Positions 11,139-20,427 of a DNA stretch of 64,000 bases are shown in pieces (within the stretch, counting starts at the first letter, position 1; every line of letters begins with the position of its first letter). The translations under genes and the position numbers were made by a program. The notes beneath the pieces are model-generated. The model was not told where the DNA came from. It saw only the letters and a list, made by a program, of their open reading frames with translations, and did not search any database. The DNA comes from an uncultured delta proteobacterium (lineage in GTDB: Bacteria; Desulfobacterota; Desulfomonilia; Desulfomonilales; Desulfomonilaceae), in contig CAWBKB010000005.1 of the NCBI GenBank assembly GCA_963789265.1, positions 512,001 through 576,000 on the forward strand. The letters are read 5' to 3'.

Positions 11139-13286
11139 TCAAACCAGCGTCTGAATCGCTAGGATCAACAATAGACTCATCAGAACGTATCCCGCGTATG
11201 CGTTTACACGTGCTGAATGCATGCGCACCAGGACTGTTGCCAACCATCGGGCCAATCGCAGAACAGGATTGACGGCCAATCTGTCCATTACATACGTTTC
11301 CTCGCGTCCATTTCTTATCGCGGTTCGGAAATGCCCGGCAATGCTCTCCTTTGCATTTTCAACCAGCGACGGGCGGAAGATGGAGTCGAAGATCACGCGT
11401 ACAGGATTGGAAAATCCGGTGGCAGTGTAGGTCATCTCAGGTAGCAGCCGACGAATTCCGCCATCCCAGACGGCTTGGCGTTTAACCGACCGCCCTCTGA
11501 AGAGCAGCCGGAACACTAAAACACTTGCCCCCAGGAGGAACGCTAATACGACCAGGGTGTAAGATGTAGACATCGCAAAGACGACCGGGTTGCTCTTCGA
11601 ACCCCGATGCAAAATCACCAGCCCTCGGCCCGGCAAGATTTCTCGGCCCACCTGCGCGCCCAAGTCATGAAATTCAGATACAAAAGCTTTGTTAAAACTG
11701 GGATTCCTATGAGCTGCGGAGAGAAAAAATGGCGGTACTAATTCATCGGCTACACTTTGATGTACCACAGGAGTGACGACGCGATCTATGACAGGAATTA
11801 TGAAGGTGGGTAAAATTCCAAACAGAAGGCATGCTGTGGCCAAGAAACCCATGGGAATCGACGTACAGCGCTTGGTTTCAGTCGCGGATTCCGCTTCTCT
11901 CGACCTGGCCATCCCCAAAAAACTCATGCCAAATGCTTTGACAAAGCAGGTGACCGCCAATGCAGCGGTAAGCGCCAATGTGGCACCGCACAAAGCGAAT
12001 GCGATCTTGACCCCTGCGGAGGAAAGCACAGAACTCTGAAGAAGCGTTTGCAGCGTCAGCCACTCAGTCACAAATCCGTTGAAAGGAGGAAGAGCTGCTA
12101 TCGAAAGCGCCCCAATCAGAAAGAAGACTGCCGTCCGCGGCATTCTCTTGATCAGCCCTCCCAGCCGATTCATGTCCCTGGTCCCGGCGTTTACATCCAC
12201 GGCGCCGGCACCGATAAACAAGAGCGCCTTGTACAGAGAGTGATTGAGCATGTGATAAAGCCCGACGATGAAAGCGATCCCGGCCAGCGCGGAATGCCCA
12301 TAGGAAATGAAGATGAACCCTGCACCGAGGCAGGCCGTGATTATGCCCATGTTTTCAATGGAACTGTGCGCCAGCATCTTCTTCATGTCGTTTTCGATAG
12401 TGGCGTAAAGGATGCCAATCAGTGCGGATAGGCTTCCGACAACCAGGACTATAAGCCCTTGCCCGACATGGCTAACGGGAAGCAGATCCATGTTCACGCG
12501 CACAATTCCATAGATACCCAGATTGAGAATGATGCCCGACAAGATCGCAGACACATTCGCAGGAGCAGCAGGGTGGGCTCTGGGCAGCCATGTGGAGGAG
12601 GGAATAAGGCCCGCTTTTACGCCAAAGCCGAAGAACGAAAGGAGAAAGATTGCCCATCTGGCGAATTCTCCGAGCCCGCTTGATGCGCTCTTCAGCGATG
12701 CAAAATCGAAGCTCCCCGACGCCCCCGTCAGCAGGAGAAGCCCGAGCGCCGCTGCAACTGTCCCGCCCTCGCTCATGGCCAACATCAAGAGGCCTGAACG
12801 GGTGACTTCCTCGCGTTCATGCTCATAGTTCACGAGCAGATACGAGAGAATGGTCATCACTTCCCAGGCGATCAAGAATGAGACAACGTCTCCGGCAACC
12901 AAGGTCAGGACGATGGATGCAAAAAGCAAGTGATAGAAAACGCCGAACGTTTTTAGACTATATCGGCCCCGATACTTTTCCATGTATTCGGCCGAGAAAA
13001 TCGAAATCGGTAAGTATACGAGCGCAGCAATGAAAATGAACAAGGACGAAATGCGATCCATGTTGAGATCGATTGTCCCGAAATATGGCAGATTCCAGAG
13101 ACCGGCATGAAAAGAGTATCCGAATAAAAGCACTCCGCCGCTGGCTGTTAAGGCTATGACTGAGGCTATGGACCCCACCGCTGCAAGCACCGGCAGGTTC
13201 ATTCGGTCCGGAAGTATAGCGGCGAGAATGGCCCCGATTCCGCATGTGGCCAAAAAGAGAAGAAAAAGGTGGCACGTATCAATCAT
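11139..13286 (-). CDS. HyfB/HycC-like antiporter-type membrane subunit of Ehr complex
   Basis: AWEVM, GFGVKAGLIP..WLPRAHPAAP and LAHSSIENMG motifs; ATG 13286 overlaps the upstream stop. Confidence 0.9.
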   Translation of the reverse strand: MIDTCHLFLLFLATCGIGAILAAILPDRMNLPVLAAVGSIASVIALTASGGVLLFGYSFHAGLWNLPYFGTIDLNMDRISSLFIFIAALVYLPISIFSAEYMEKYRGRYSLKTFGVFYHLLFASIVLTLVAGDVVSFLIAWEVMTILSYLLVNYEHEREEVTRSGLLMLAMSEGGTVAAALGLLLLTGASGSFDFASLKSASSGLGEFARWAIFLLSFFGFGVKAGLIPSSTWLPRAHPAAPANVSAILSGIILNLGIYGIVRVNMDLLPVSHVGQGLIVLVVGSLSALIGILYATIENDMKKMLAHSSIENMGIITACLGAGFIFISYGHSALAGIAFIVGLYHMLNHSLYKALLFIGAGAVDVNAGTRDMNRLGGLIKRMPRTAVFFLIGALSIAALPPFNGFVTEWLTLQTLLQSSVLSSAGVKIAFALCGATLALTAALAVTCFVKAFGMSFLGMARSREAESATETKRCTSIPMGFLATACLLFGILPTFIIPVIDRVVTPVVHQSVADELVPPFFLSAAHRNPSFNKAFVSEFHDLGAQVGREILPGRGLVILHRGSKSNPVVFAMSTSYTLVVLAFLLGASVLVFRLLFRGRSVKRQAVWDGGIRRLLPEMTYTATGFSNPVRVIFDSIFRPSLVENAKESIAGHFRTAIRNGREETYVMDRLAVNPVLRLARWLATVLVRMHSARVNAYAGYVLMSLLLILAIQTLV

Positions 13287-14053
13287 TCCACAATCCTCCG
13301 TTGGATCGATGCAACGGGCTCTGCCACAGCCCCGGCTCGGCGTCCTGCTGCCACGAGTAATCCGTGAATCAACGCGAGAGGCGGCGGCGGGCAGCCGGGA
13401 ATCTCGACATCCACCGGAATCTCTTCGGCCACTCCAGCGCCGCAGGTGAAGCTCGGTCCAAAGACTCCTCCGGAGAGCGCACATGTGCCTACCGCAATTA
13501 CCTTTTTGGGCGTGGGCACAGCATTGTACGCTCTTTGCAACGGGAGCCGCATGTTATCCGTCACCGGACCGGCAACCAGCAATACGTCCGCTTGCCTGGG
13601 GGTCGGAGTCATGAAGAAGCCCAGCCTGTGGACGTTGTAGTAGGGCTTGCCGAGCTGTTCAATCTCGCTCAAGCATGCCCGGCAAGCTCCCGCGTCGAGC
13701 ACACGTACGTGCATAGAACGAGCAAAGGGCTTGCCCAGCCTACGTGACGAATCGGTCTCATCGGCGAGAGAAACTGCCCATTCATAACCCCACTCGCGAT
13801 CGAGAGGCTCAGACAGCCCACGCGAACACCGAAAACACTGAATGCAATGCCGGTAATCCACGGAGATTCGCTCCTCCGTAAGCCGGATAGCTTTCGTGGG
13901 ACATACGGGGACGACCGAAGACTGCGTTCCTGCTCCCCCGGTCAACATGCCGCAAGGCCGCCCGGGAGAAACGCCGGCAGCGGTCTCGACAGAGTCCGGA
14001 TATAACGTCGTCTTGGTCCCCGTGCGCAGTCCCATTAAAACCCATTTGGACAT
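13283..14053 (-). CDS. Small subunit (HycG/NuoB-like) with N-terminal ferredoxin-like segment
   Basis: CPTKAI...CIQCFRC followed by GACRAC, GTCA and IPGCPP. Confidence 0.88.
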   Translation of the reverse strand: MSKWVLMGLRTGTKTTLYPDSVETAAGVSPGRPCGMLTGGAGTQSSVVPVCPTKAIRLTEERISVDYRHCIQCFRCSRGLSEPLDREWGYEWAVSLADETDSSRRLGKPFARSMHVRVLDAGACRACLSEIEQLGKPYYNVHRLGFFMTPTPRQADVLLVAGPVTDNMRLPLQRAYNAVPTPKKVIAVGTCALSGGVFGPSFTCGAGVAEEIPVDVEIPGCPPPPLALIHGLLVAAGRRAGAVAEPVASIQRRIVE

Positions 14054-14067
14054 GTCTCACTCTCCTC

Positions 14068-15675
14068 CTAACGGTCACATTCTGCGTTCGAAAGTCCGAA
14101 TGTGGCCATAATGATGGGGAAGTCCTGAAAGGCGAAATTTTCGGCCGCCCAATGGAATCCATGCCAATTCGTGAACGACGGCGTTGTGACTCGATATCGC
14201 CCAATTCTTCCGTCGTCTCGGATACTCAACCAATGGAAGGCTGCTCCCAGCGGGGCTTCCACCCATGCCAGGCATTCACCGGCAACAATCTCAAAATCCG
14301 AGGACATAACATCCCCCTGAGGAAGCGAAGAGGCTATTTGTCGCACGATACGCGCCGATTCTTCCGCCTCACTGAATAGGACGCGGAGACGAGCATAGCC
14401 GTCCCCCTCGGATTCGACCGGTGTCCTGAATTCCAGCCCGGCATTGTAAAACCCGTAAGGCAATACCTTGCGCATATCGCGTGAAACTCCGGATCCTCTG
14501 GCAATAGGCCCCACAAGCCCGTATGAAACCGCGTTTTGAAGTGAAACCGTACCCACTTCCTCGAGGCGGTCCAAAAAGCTGCTGGAAAAACGTAACTTTT
14601 CCTGTAAGGCCTTTAATTTGTCTGCGACACGTTCGACCGACTGGCTCAAGTTTCGGCACTGATCTCCGCTCAGATCCAGCGACATCCCGCCCGGAATGCT
14701 GGTGCCGAACAAATAGCGGTGCCCCGCAATCACGCATGAAAGCCGAAGTAGCTCTTCTTCCAGAATGCCGGCCTGACTTGTGGCGACGGCCAGAGCTGTA
14801 GAACCGCAGATGCCTGTTATAGCGCCTACGTGGTGGCGCAAACGCTCCAATTCCGCCAAAAGCACACGTAAGGCTTGGCCGCGGGCAGGTGGTTGAACGC
14901 CGCAGATTTGTTCCACTGCCTGACAAAAAGCAAGCGCGTGGGCAAACGCCGAAGTCCCTGAAAAACGCTCGGCCATCAAAAGGACATGCTCAATAGGCTG
15001 CCCCTCTGCCAGTTTTTCGAGTCCACGATACTTGTAGAAAAAGCGTGGGGTGGTACGAACGACATCCTCGCCAACCGTTTCCAGGAAGAACTGAGCAGAC
15101 TCCGCGTAGTCGGAATAAACCGGCCCTATGGGCATCATAAAGGCTCCGGGGGCTTGAAGGATCTGCAAAGGCCGCCATTCCGGGTCCACTTCTTTATGGG
15201 GATATGGCACGGATGGGTCGAAATCCGACCTCATAGGGTTGACTCCTTCCGGCCATTCCTCGTGCAACACAAAATCCCCGAGCCTTGGATGGCCCTCGAA
15301 GGTGAGTCCAAAAAGGTCTTCCACTTCTCGCTCATGCCAATCCGCCGCATGAACGTGCGCGCTGATACTGGGAATAACCGTGTTTGTTTTGGGCTGGTGA
15401 AGCAGTACATGAATCTGACCACACTCGGGATCTCCATAGAAAACATAGCGGAGAAACCAGTGAGAAGAATTCTCTTGGACAATCAATGTGGCAAAGGTGT
15501 ACTTGGCATGAGAAACAAGCAGTCCGCACACTTCCTGCAACTCACCTGGGCCGCATTCAATCAGGACCGAGAGCTTCTGTGTGTCGACGTTTACCTTCAC
15601 TTCTCCTGTCCAGCGCGTCTCCAGGACCTTGAGTAATTTCTCCGGCTTCAGTGCGCAGTTAGATGAACATGGCAT
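14068..15675 (-). CDS. HycE-like (NuoC-NuoD fused) large subunit lacking NiFe cysteine motifs
   Basis: WHEREVEDLFG.F.GHP (NuoC); ERFSGTSAFAH replaces RxCGxCxxxH; ends GLSNAECDR instead of DPCxxC; GGAGG before ATG 15675. Confidence 0.9.
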   Translation of the reverse strand: MPCSSNCALKPEKLLKVLETRWTGEVKVNVDTQKLSVLIECGPGELQEVCGLLVSHAKYTFATLIVQENSSHWFLRYVFYGDPECGQIHVLLHQPKTNTVIPSISAHVHAADWHEREVEDLFGLTFEGHPRLGDFVLHEEWPEGVNPMRSDFDPSVPYPHKEVDPEWRPLQILQAPGAFMMPIGPVYSDYAESAQFFLETVGEDVVRTTPRFFYKYRGLEKLAEGQPIEHVLLMAERFSGTSAFAHALAFCQAVEQICGVQPPARGQALRVLLAELERLRHHVGAITGICGSTALAVATSQAGILEEELLRLSCVIAGHRYLFGTSIPGGMSLDLSGDQCRNLSQSVERVADKLKALQEKLRFSSSFLDRLEEVGTVSLQNAVSYGLVGPIARGSGVSRDMRKVLPYGFYNAGLEFRTPVESEGDGYARLRVLFSEAEESARIVRQIASSLPQGDVMSSDFEIVAGECLAWVEAPLGAAFHWLSIRDDGRIGRYRVTTPSFTNWHGFHWAAENFAFQDFPIIMATFGLSNAECDR

Positions 15676-15682
15676 TATGCGG

Positions 15683-17131
15683 TCACCTCCCCAGTGCATT
15701 TGCCGCCTGGCGTAAGAGCTCAAGAAGCGGCCCGGGAATATAAAGTCCGAACAGACAAACCGGGATTGCCGCCAGCGACAGACATGCAGCGTAACTCTTT
15801 GGCAACGCGGGCCATCCGGGGCGAGGCATAGGCTTTCCGAATACCATGCGGGAGACGTGAAACATGATTCCACAGAAGGCTATAACTACAAAGAGAGCCA
15901 GCATGCCCGTGATTAAGTATTGGCCGGTGGAAACTCCCGCTTTTAAGATGGTGAGTTCGCTTAAAAAGACAGCAAAGGGAGGAGCCCCTGAAATCGCCAG
16001 TGCCCCCAGGAGAAGTGACACGCCAACCAGGGGCGATTCCCGAATAAGGCCTTGTACCGAGTTAATGTCGCGCGCGCCGGCGATTCTGAGCGCGGCACCG
16101 GCGGCAAAGAAACAGAAAGATTTTGCAACTGTATGGGTAACCATCTGATAGATGGCGCCAAAATCGGCGGCAGCTCCGCCCAGGCCAACGGCCACCAAAA
16201 TAATGCCCATGTGTTTTATGGTAGAAAACGCGAAAAGGCGTTTATATTCTTTTACTTGAATCAACAGGAAGGCCGCGAAACCGGTTGACACCAAACCGAA
16301 AATCAAAATCCATTTCTCGGGGGTGCCACCTGAAATCGCTTGTACGGCCGGTGTTACTCTCAATATGGCGTAAAGAGCAGTGGAAGTCTCCACACCGGAA
16401 AGAAGCGCGCAAACCGGCGACGGCGCCTGGCTGTGAGCATCAGGAAGCCAGGTGTGGAGAGGAACCAAACCGGCCTTGGTTCCGAATCCGATAAGGATGA
16501 ACAGGAATCCTGTCTGCAGCATTGCCGGAGGCATTTTCGGCGCGGCTGCAACCAGGCCCGACCAAGTCAAAGGCCCCCCTCCCGAGAGGGTCATGCCCCA
16601 ATATAGAATCAAGATCCCGAAAAGTGCGAGTGCGGCCCCCATGCACGTGAGCACAGCATATTTCCACGCGGCTTCAACAGCCTCGGGGGTGTTCGGAAAG
16701 CTGACAAGAAATACCGACAAAAGCGTGGTTAGCTCGACCGCGATCCAAACCAGCGTGACATGCGACAAGACTGGAACAGCCAGCATCGAAACAAGGAAAA
16801 GGTTGTAGCGCCAATAATAGCGTCGCGCCCTTTCAGCTCCGTTGGATCCAACTGTCTTTCCGATGTATCCCCACGAAAAAACGGCGGCTGTGAGTCCGAC
16901 AAAGGAAACCAGCAACAGGAGCAACCCACCCAAGGCATCGCATGCGATCCATCCTTTTATTGCCACAACATTGTGGCCGGCAGAGGTTTTCAGAGCTGCA
17001 TGCAAAGAGGCGATGAAAACCACCACAGTCCCCAGGATGGTAGTCAAAGGTGCAAGGCTACGAACTTTTGTCGGAATCCAAGAAAGGGCTGCAGCAACAA
17101 CAGGTACCAGAAGGATGTATATGAGTTCCAT
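15683..17131 (-). CDS. HyfF-like antiporter-type membrane subunit
   Basis: WIAVELTT, EAAWKY and GFGTKAGLVPLHTWLPDAHSQAP motifs. Confidence 0.92.
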   Translation of the reverse strand: MELIYILLVPVVAAALSWIPTKVRSLAPLTTILGTVVVFIASLHAALKTSAGHNVVAIKGWIACDALGGLLLLLVSFVGLTAAVFSWGYIGKTVGSNGAERARRYYWRYNLFLVSMLAVPVLSHVTLVWIAVELTTLLSVFLVSFPNTPEAVEAAWKYAVLTCMGAALALFGILILYWGMTLSGGGPLTWSGLVAAAPKMPPAMLQTGFLFILIGFGTKAGLVPLHTWLPDAHSQAPSPVCALLSGVETSTALYAILRVTPAVQAISGGTPEKWILIFGLVSTGFAAFLLIQVKEYKRLFAFSTIKHMGIILVAVGLGGAAADFGAIYQMVTHTVAKSFCFFAAGAALRIAGARDINSVQGLIRESPLVGVSLLLGALAISGAPPFAVFLSELTILKAGVSTGQYLITGMLALFVVIAFCGIMFHVSRMVFGKPMPRPGWPALPKSYAACLSLAAIPVCLFGLYIPGPLLELLRQAANALGR

Positions 17132-17137
17132 AAGTTG

Positions 17138-17824
17138 CTATTCCTCTATCAGGGCGGCCATCTCGCCTACCGCGGTGGTTCCGATGTGTTCGTGGACCTT
17201 CATAATAAGGATTCCCATTACCCTTGCGATGATGAGTAACTCAAAAGCGGCAGCCAGTTCGGCTATAAGCGGAAGATTCGGGGCAATCGAAATACCGGCG
17301 AAAAATGCCCCGTTCTCCATGGACAGAAGGGCGATTACCTGTGGAACCGCCTCACGCCTCACAGTCATCGCGTAGGCTCCCAGGAGTAGACCTGCCAGAC
17401 CGATGGGCAGGTTAACCGAAGCAGCTCCTCCAGCCGGGGCCGCTTTAAGGAGGGGCACTGAAACGAAATAGGCGAAAACAACTAGGACGAGCGAAATTAA
17501 TAGGGATGTGGGGATATTCAAAGCCTGGGAGATCTCTCGGCGAGAGCGAAGTTCATTTCCCAGCCTTCCTAACAAGAGCCAGGGAAGCAATGCGACCTTG
17601 ACGGCAAGAGTTATTCCGCCGACTACAAAAAGTTCGTTCGAGCCGTTTTGGTACCCCAGGAGAAATGCAGATGCCGCGAGAAGCGCAGCCTGAATCACGA
17701 ATGTCCTAAGACACGCGAGAACCTGCCGCGTGGCAATGAGACCAAAGGCCGTCAAAAGGAAGAGAGCCGCGGCAAGCGCATTTAACTCGGTCAATGGAAG
17801 AATTGTGGTGTTTGTGCCAGGCAT
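17138..17824 (-). CDS. HyfE-like membrane subunit
   Basis: Hydrophobic 228 aa with QVIALLSMENG motif; start placed at ATG 17824. Confidence 0.85.
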   Translation of the reverse strand: MPGTNTTILPLTELNALAAALFLLTAFGLIATRQVLACLRTFVIQAALLAASAFLLGYQNGSNELFVVGGITLAVKVALLPWLLLGRLGNELRSRREISQALNIPTSLLISLVLVVFAYFVSVPLLKAAPAGGAASVNLPIGLAGLLLGAYAMTVRREAVPQVIALLSMENGAFFAGISIAPNLPLIAELAAAFELLIIARVMGILIMKVHEHIGTTAVGEMAALIEE

Positions 17825-17835
17825 GCCGGTCCCTC

Positions 17836-18787
17836 CTAAAATTGCAGCAGTCGCGTGATTACGGCAGCGACGGATGTTACAAAAGCGGCGCCGAGAAATT
17901 CCGGAATTCTGAAAAGTCTCAGTTTGGCAAGCGAGGATTCGATGGCGACCAAAACCAGGACAAATGCCAGGATTTTTGTCAAGATTAGCGGAACTGCCAG
18001 CAACAACTCTCCGACAGATTGTCCGTGAGCAAGACCCCAGGGACTGACCAGCACGTTGAGGAATATGCATAGAAGTACAAAGAACTTCATGCATCCCCCC
18101 CATTTCATCAAAGCGGCGCCTCGGCCAGAATACTCCAGTCCCTTGGACTCATCCACCATGGCTAGCTCGAAATGGCCGGAAGGGCTGTCTACAGGGATGC
18201 TTCCGGTTTCAGCGATGATCAGCATCAGGAACGACAGAACCACCAGCACATGCGCGGGTTCAAAGAAATTCGCCATAGGCGTGACCCAGTGTTTTTGAAC
18301 GATGTATGGAATGGTGGAACCTGCAACGAATGAGACGGTGAAGAAAACAATCATGAACACCGGTTCGGCTAAAAATCCCACCATCCTAGTACCGGCTGGC
18401 CCCCATTGGACCGTACGGGTTTGCAGTATCAATGGCCGCAAGCGTCGCAAAAAAGCCACCGAGAGCTAGAATAAAGCCACCTCCCAGCATGTCTGCCATG
18501 AAAGCGAAGAAGAGCGGGTAGCTCGTGAGGACAGGTATGAGCAGCGTCACGAAGATCGGCGTGACAAATACTATGTACGGGGTGACGCGAAAAATCCAAG
18601 AAGAGTGCTCGGATACGACTTCGTCTTTGTGAAAGAGCTTCCATATATCAAAGTACGGCTGAAAAACGCTGGGGCCTCGCTTGGACTGGATTCGCTCTTT
18701 AAGGCGACCAAGCACTCCCTTTACGAGAGGGGCAAAAGCCATTACCACGAGCACCTGCATTAAATTAAACAGGATTTTCTGGGCCAT
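17836..18787 (-). CDS. HyfC/HycD (NuoH-like) membrane subunit, frameshift near 18388
   Basis: IQSKRGPSVFQPYFDIWKLFHK, AETGSIPVD and LEYSG...MKW motifs; AGGAGG RBS. Confidence 0.88.
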
Positions 18788-18899
18788 GCGTTTACCTCCT
18801 GTCGCCATAGCCGCTTGTTAACAAGTCATGTCGAATCGCTTTCAAGCGAGTGATATTGGTTAGCTATCGAATAAGAGATAACCGGCAAATGGAGAATTG

Positions 18900-18936
18900 C
18901 ACTGACCTGAGCACCATCATGGTGCTCAGGTCAGTG
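18900..18936. repeat. Perfect palindrome, 18-bp arms with 1-nt spacer, in the ehr leader
   Basis: CACTGACCTGAGCACCAT-C-ATGGTGCTCAGGTCAGTG. Confidence 0.9.
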
Positions 18937-19059
18937 GCACCCAACATCCATTCACGAGGTGCTGGGTGCCACGGATCGAGGCTTTGTGAGATCCGTGCTG
19001 TATTTATCGCTTGATAACGAACCAATATCACTGCTCGAATACTCCCTATATAAGTCGAG

Positions 19060-19096
19060 AAAAACAAAAGACCCGCACCAGCAAAGCTGTGCGGGC
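19060..19096 (-). terminator. Second intrinsic-terminator-like hairpin in the ehr leader
   Basis: Minus strand GCCCGCACAGC-TTT-GCTGGTGCGGGT followed by CTTTTGTTTTT. Confidence 0.6.
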
Positions 19097-19108
19097 TACG
19101 TTTAAACT

Positions 19109-19137
19109 AAAAACCCACCCAGCTTACACGGGGTGGG
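19109..19137 (-). terminator. Riboswitch-controlled terminator (ehr unit)
   Basis: CCCACCC-loop-GGGTGGG-TTTTT; 5' arm overlaps antiterminator TGGGGTAGGA/TCTTACCCCA. Confidence 0.75.
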
Positions 19138-19175
19138 GTAAGATCTATCTCTTAAGAGACTCCTACCCCATAGCG

Positions 19176-19233
19176 GTAGGAGTCATAAGCTCATAGGAAA
19201 AATCCCGGAGCAGTTCAGGCAGACTCCATTGCC
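19176..19233 (-). ncRNA. Fluoride riboswitch (crcB motif) upstream of ehr operon
   Basis: Minus strand GGCAATGGAGTCTGCC-TGAACT-GCTC...GAGC-TTATGACTCCTAC: P1 GGCA/TGCC, pseudoknot GGAGT/ACTCC, stem GCTC/GAGC. Confidence 0.85.
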
Positions 19234-19273
19234 TTCAATAGTGTCGCGCATAATTACAAAACAAATGCACCCT

Positions 19274-19279
19274 TGTCAA
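19274..19279 (-). promoter_or_regulatory. Putative sigma70 -35 box for the ehr riboswitch unit
   Basis: TTGACA 41 nt upstream of the aptamer, same spacing as in the other two units; -10 box weak. Confidence 0.55.
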
Positions 19280-19339
19280 GCATGCTGAGAGCAACCAAGC
19301 GATCTGTTTCCTAAGTGCAGTCCTGTGTCATTTTTTAGG

Positions 19340-19413
19340 GTTAAGATTGCTTCGCTGCGCTCGCAATGACAGGTCCCCGAATGTCCTTGCGAGCGCAGCG
19401 AAGCAATCTTAAC
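19340..19413. repeat. REP-like long inverted repeat, same hairpin family as the cargo at 9706 and 25571
   Basis: GTTAAGATTGCTTCGCTGCGCTCGCAATGACA-10nt-TGTCCTTGCGAGCGCAGCGAAGCAATCTTAAC. Confidence 0.85.
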
Positions 19414-19507
19414 TTTGATGCGGACTCATATTTATGCCATCGCGTACTACACCCCCTTGAGCCACCCGAGAGATGACTGCAAGGTTGCCGGCTCCACAAG
19501 TGCTGTA

Positions 19508-20254
19508 CTACAAATCGAGCACAGCGGACAGCGTCTCAGTCAGTTCCATAAAATCCGTTTGCATCTCCTTCGCCGGATCTCTCGCTTCACCAGCCGAATA
19601 AGTATAGCCAAAGTGTTTGTTGATGGCGAACGCTCTGTCTTTGCAATAAGCTTCAAGGGAAGGTTTGGTCATGCTGCCAATCAGGTACGCCCCAATTGAA
19701 CCACCCCATCTGAAATGGGGCCCGTCTCCTCCGCTGTCACCAACGATCACTACTTGATTCGGCCCTATCCCCGAAGAATTCATTACGGATTGGGTATTCT
19801 TGGGCTTGTCTTCAATTTCATTGACCCAATACATGTAACGAGGGGCTTCCGACTCTCCCAAAAAACGGATTAGAGGATTGGAGGCCACAAATGGAACATC
19901 AGGGATGAGATTCCGGGCAAGCATCCGCTGGAAATAGCCTTGCGGTCCGGTGGTATTAATCATGAAAAGAATGCCATGATCCCGGCACCATTGGATGAAA
20001 TCAGGGACGCCGCGATACGTAGCGAAGTTAGCGTCGAGATAAGCATCCATCTGATCTACCGTAATGGGAGCAGGAATCAGGGCCGAGATTTGTTGGGTGG
20101 CCTGGGTCAGAGAAATCTTGTTGCCCGTATACTCGGTAAAGATTTTAGATAGCTTTGGTTCCAGATCCGGATAGGTAAATGAAATCGGATCGAATGGACC
20201 GGATGGCGCCAAACATTGGTTCCAATCCGATGAAACGAGAGCCTGGTACTTCAT
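19508..20254 (-). CDS. HAD-superfamily hydrolase-like protein with atypical motif I
   Basis: VSSDWNQCL (motif I-like), INTTG (II), KPK (III), VGDSGGD (IV); start placed at ATG 20254. Confidence 0.7.
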   Translation of the reverse strand: MKYQALVSSDWNQCLAPSGPFDPISFTYPDLEPKLSKIFTEYTGNKISLTQATQQISALIPAPITVDQMDAYLDANFATYRGVPDFIQWCRDHGILFMINTTGPQGYFQRMLARNLIPDVPFVASNPLIRFLGESEAPRYMYWVNEIEDKPKNTQSVMNSSGIGPNQVVIVGDSGGDGPHFRWGGSIGAYLIGSMTKPSLEAYCKDRAFAINKHFGYTYSAGEARDPAKEMQTDFMELTETLSAVLDL

Positions 20255-20427
20255 TTCTCTTATCCTTCCTTTCTCCTCAGATAAATTGCAACCGCTTCCC
20301 CGCCACCGCCGTGTCGCCAAGCCCAACGAAACTTATCGTGGGTAATGTACAGCGCGAAGAACATCTCGGTTATTTTCTCAGTTCGAAGATTCGGCAGGCC
20401 CAGCGGGGAATCACTCCAGCTTCTGCC

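Noticed and set aside
14068..15675. Functional [NiFe] hydrogenase-4 or formate hydrogenlyase
   Set aside because: Both CxxC Ni-binding motifs are lost, and no maturation or formate dehydrogenase genes are nearby
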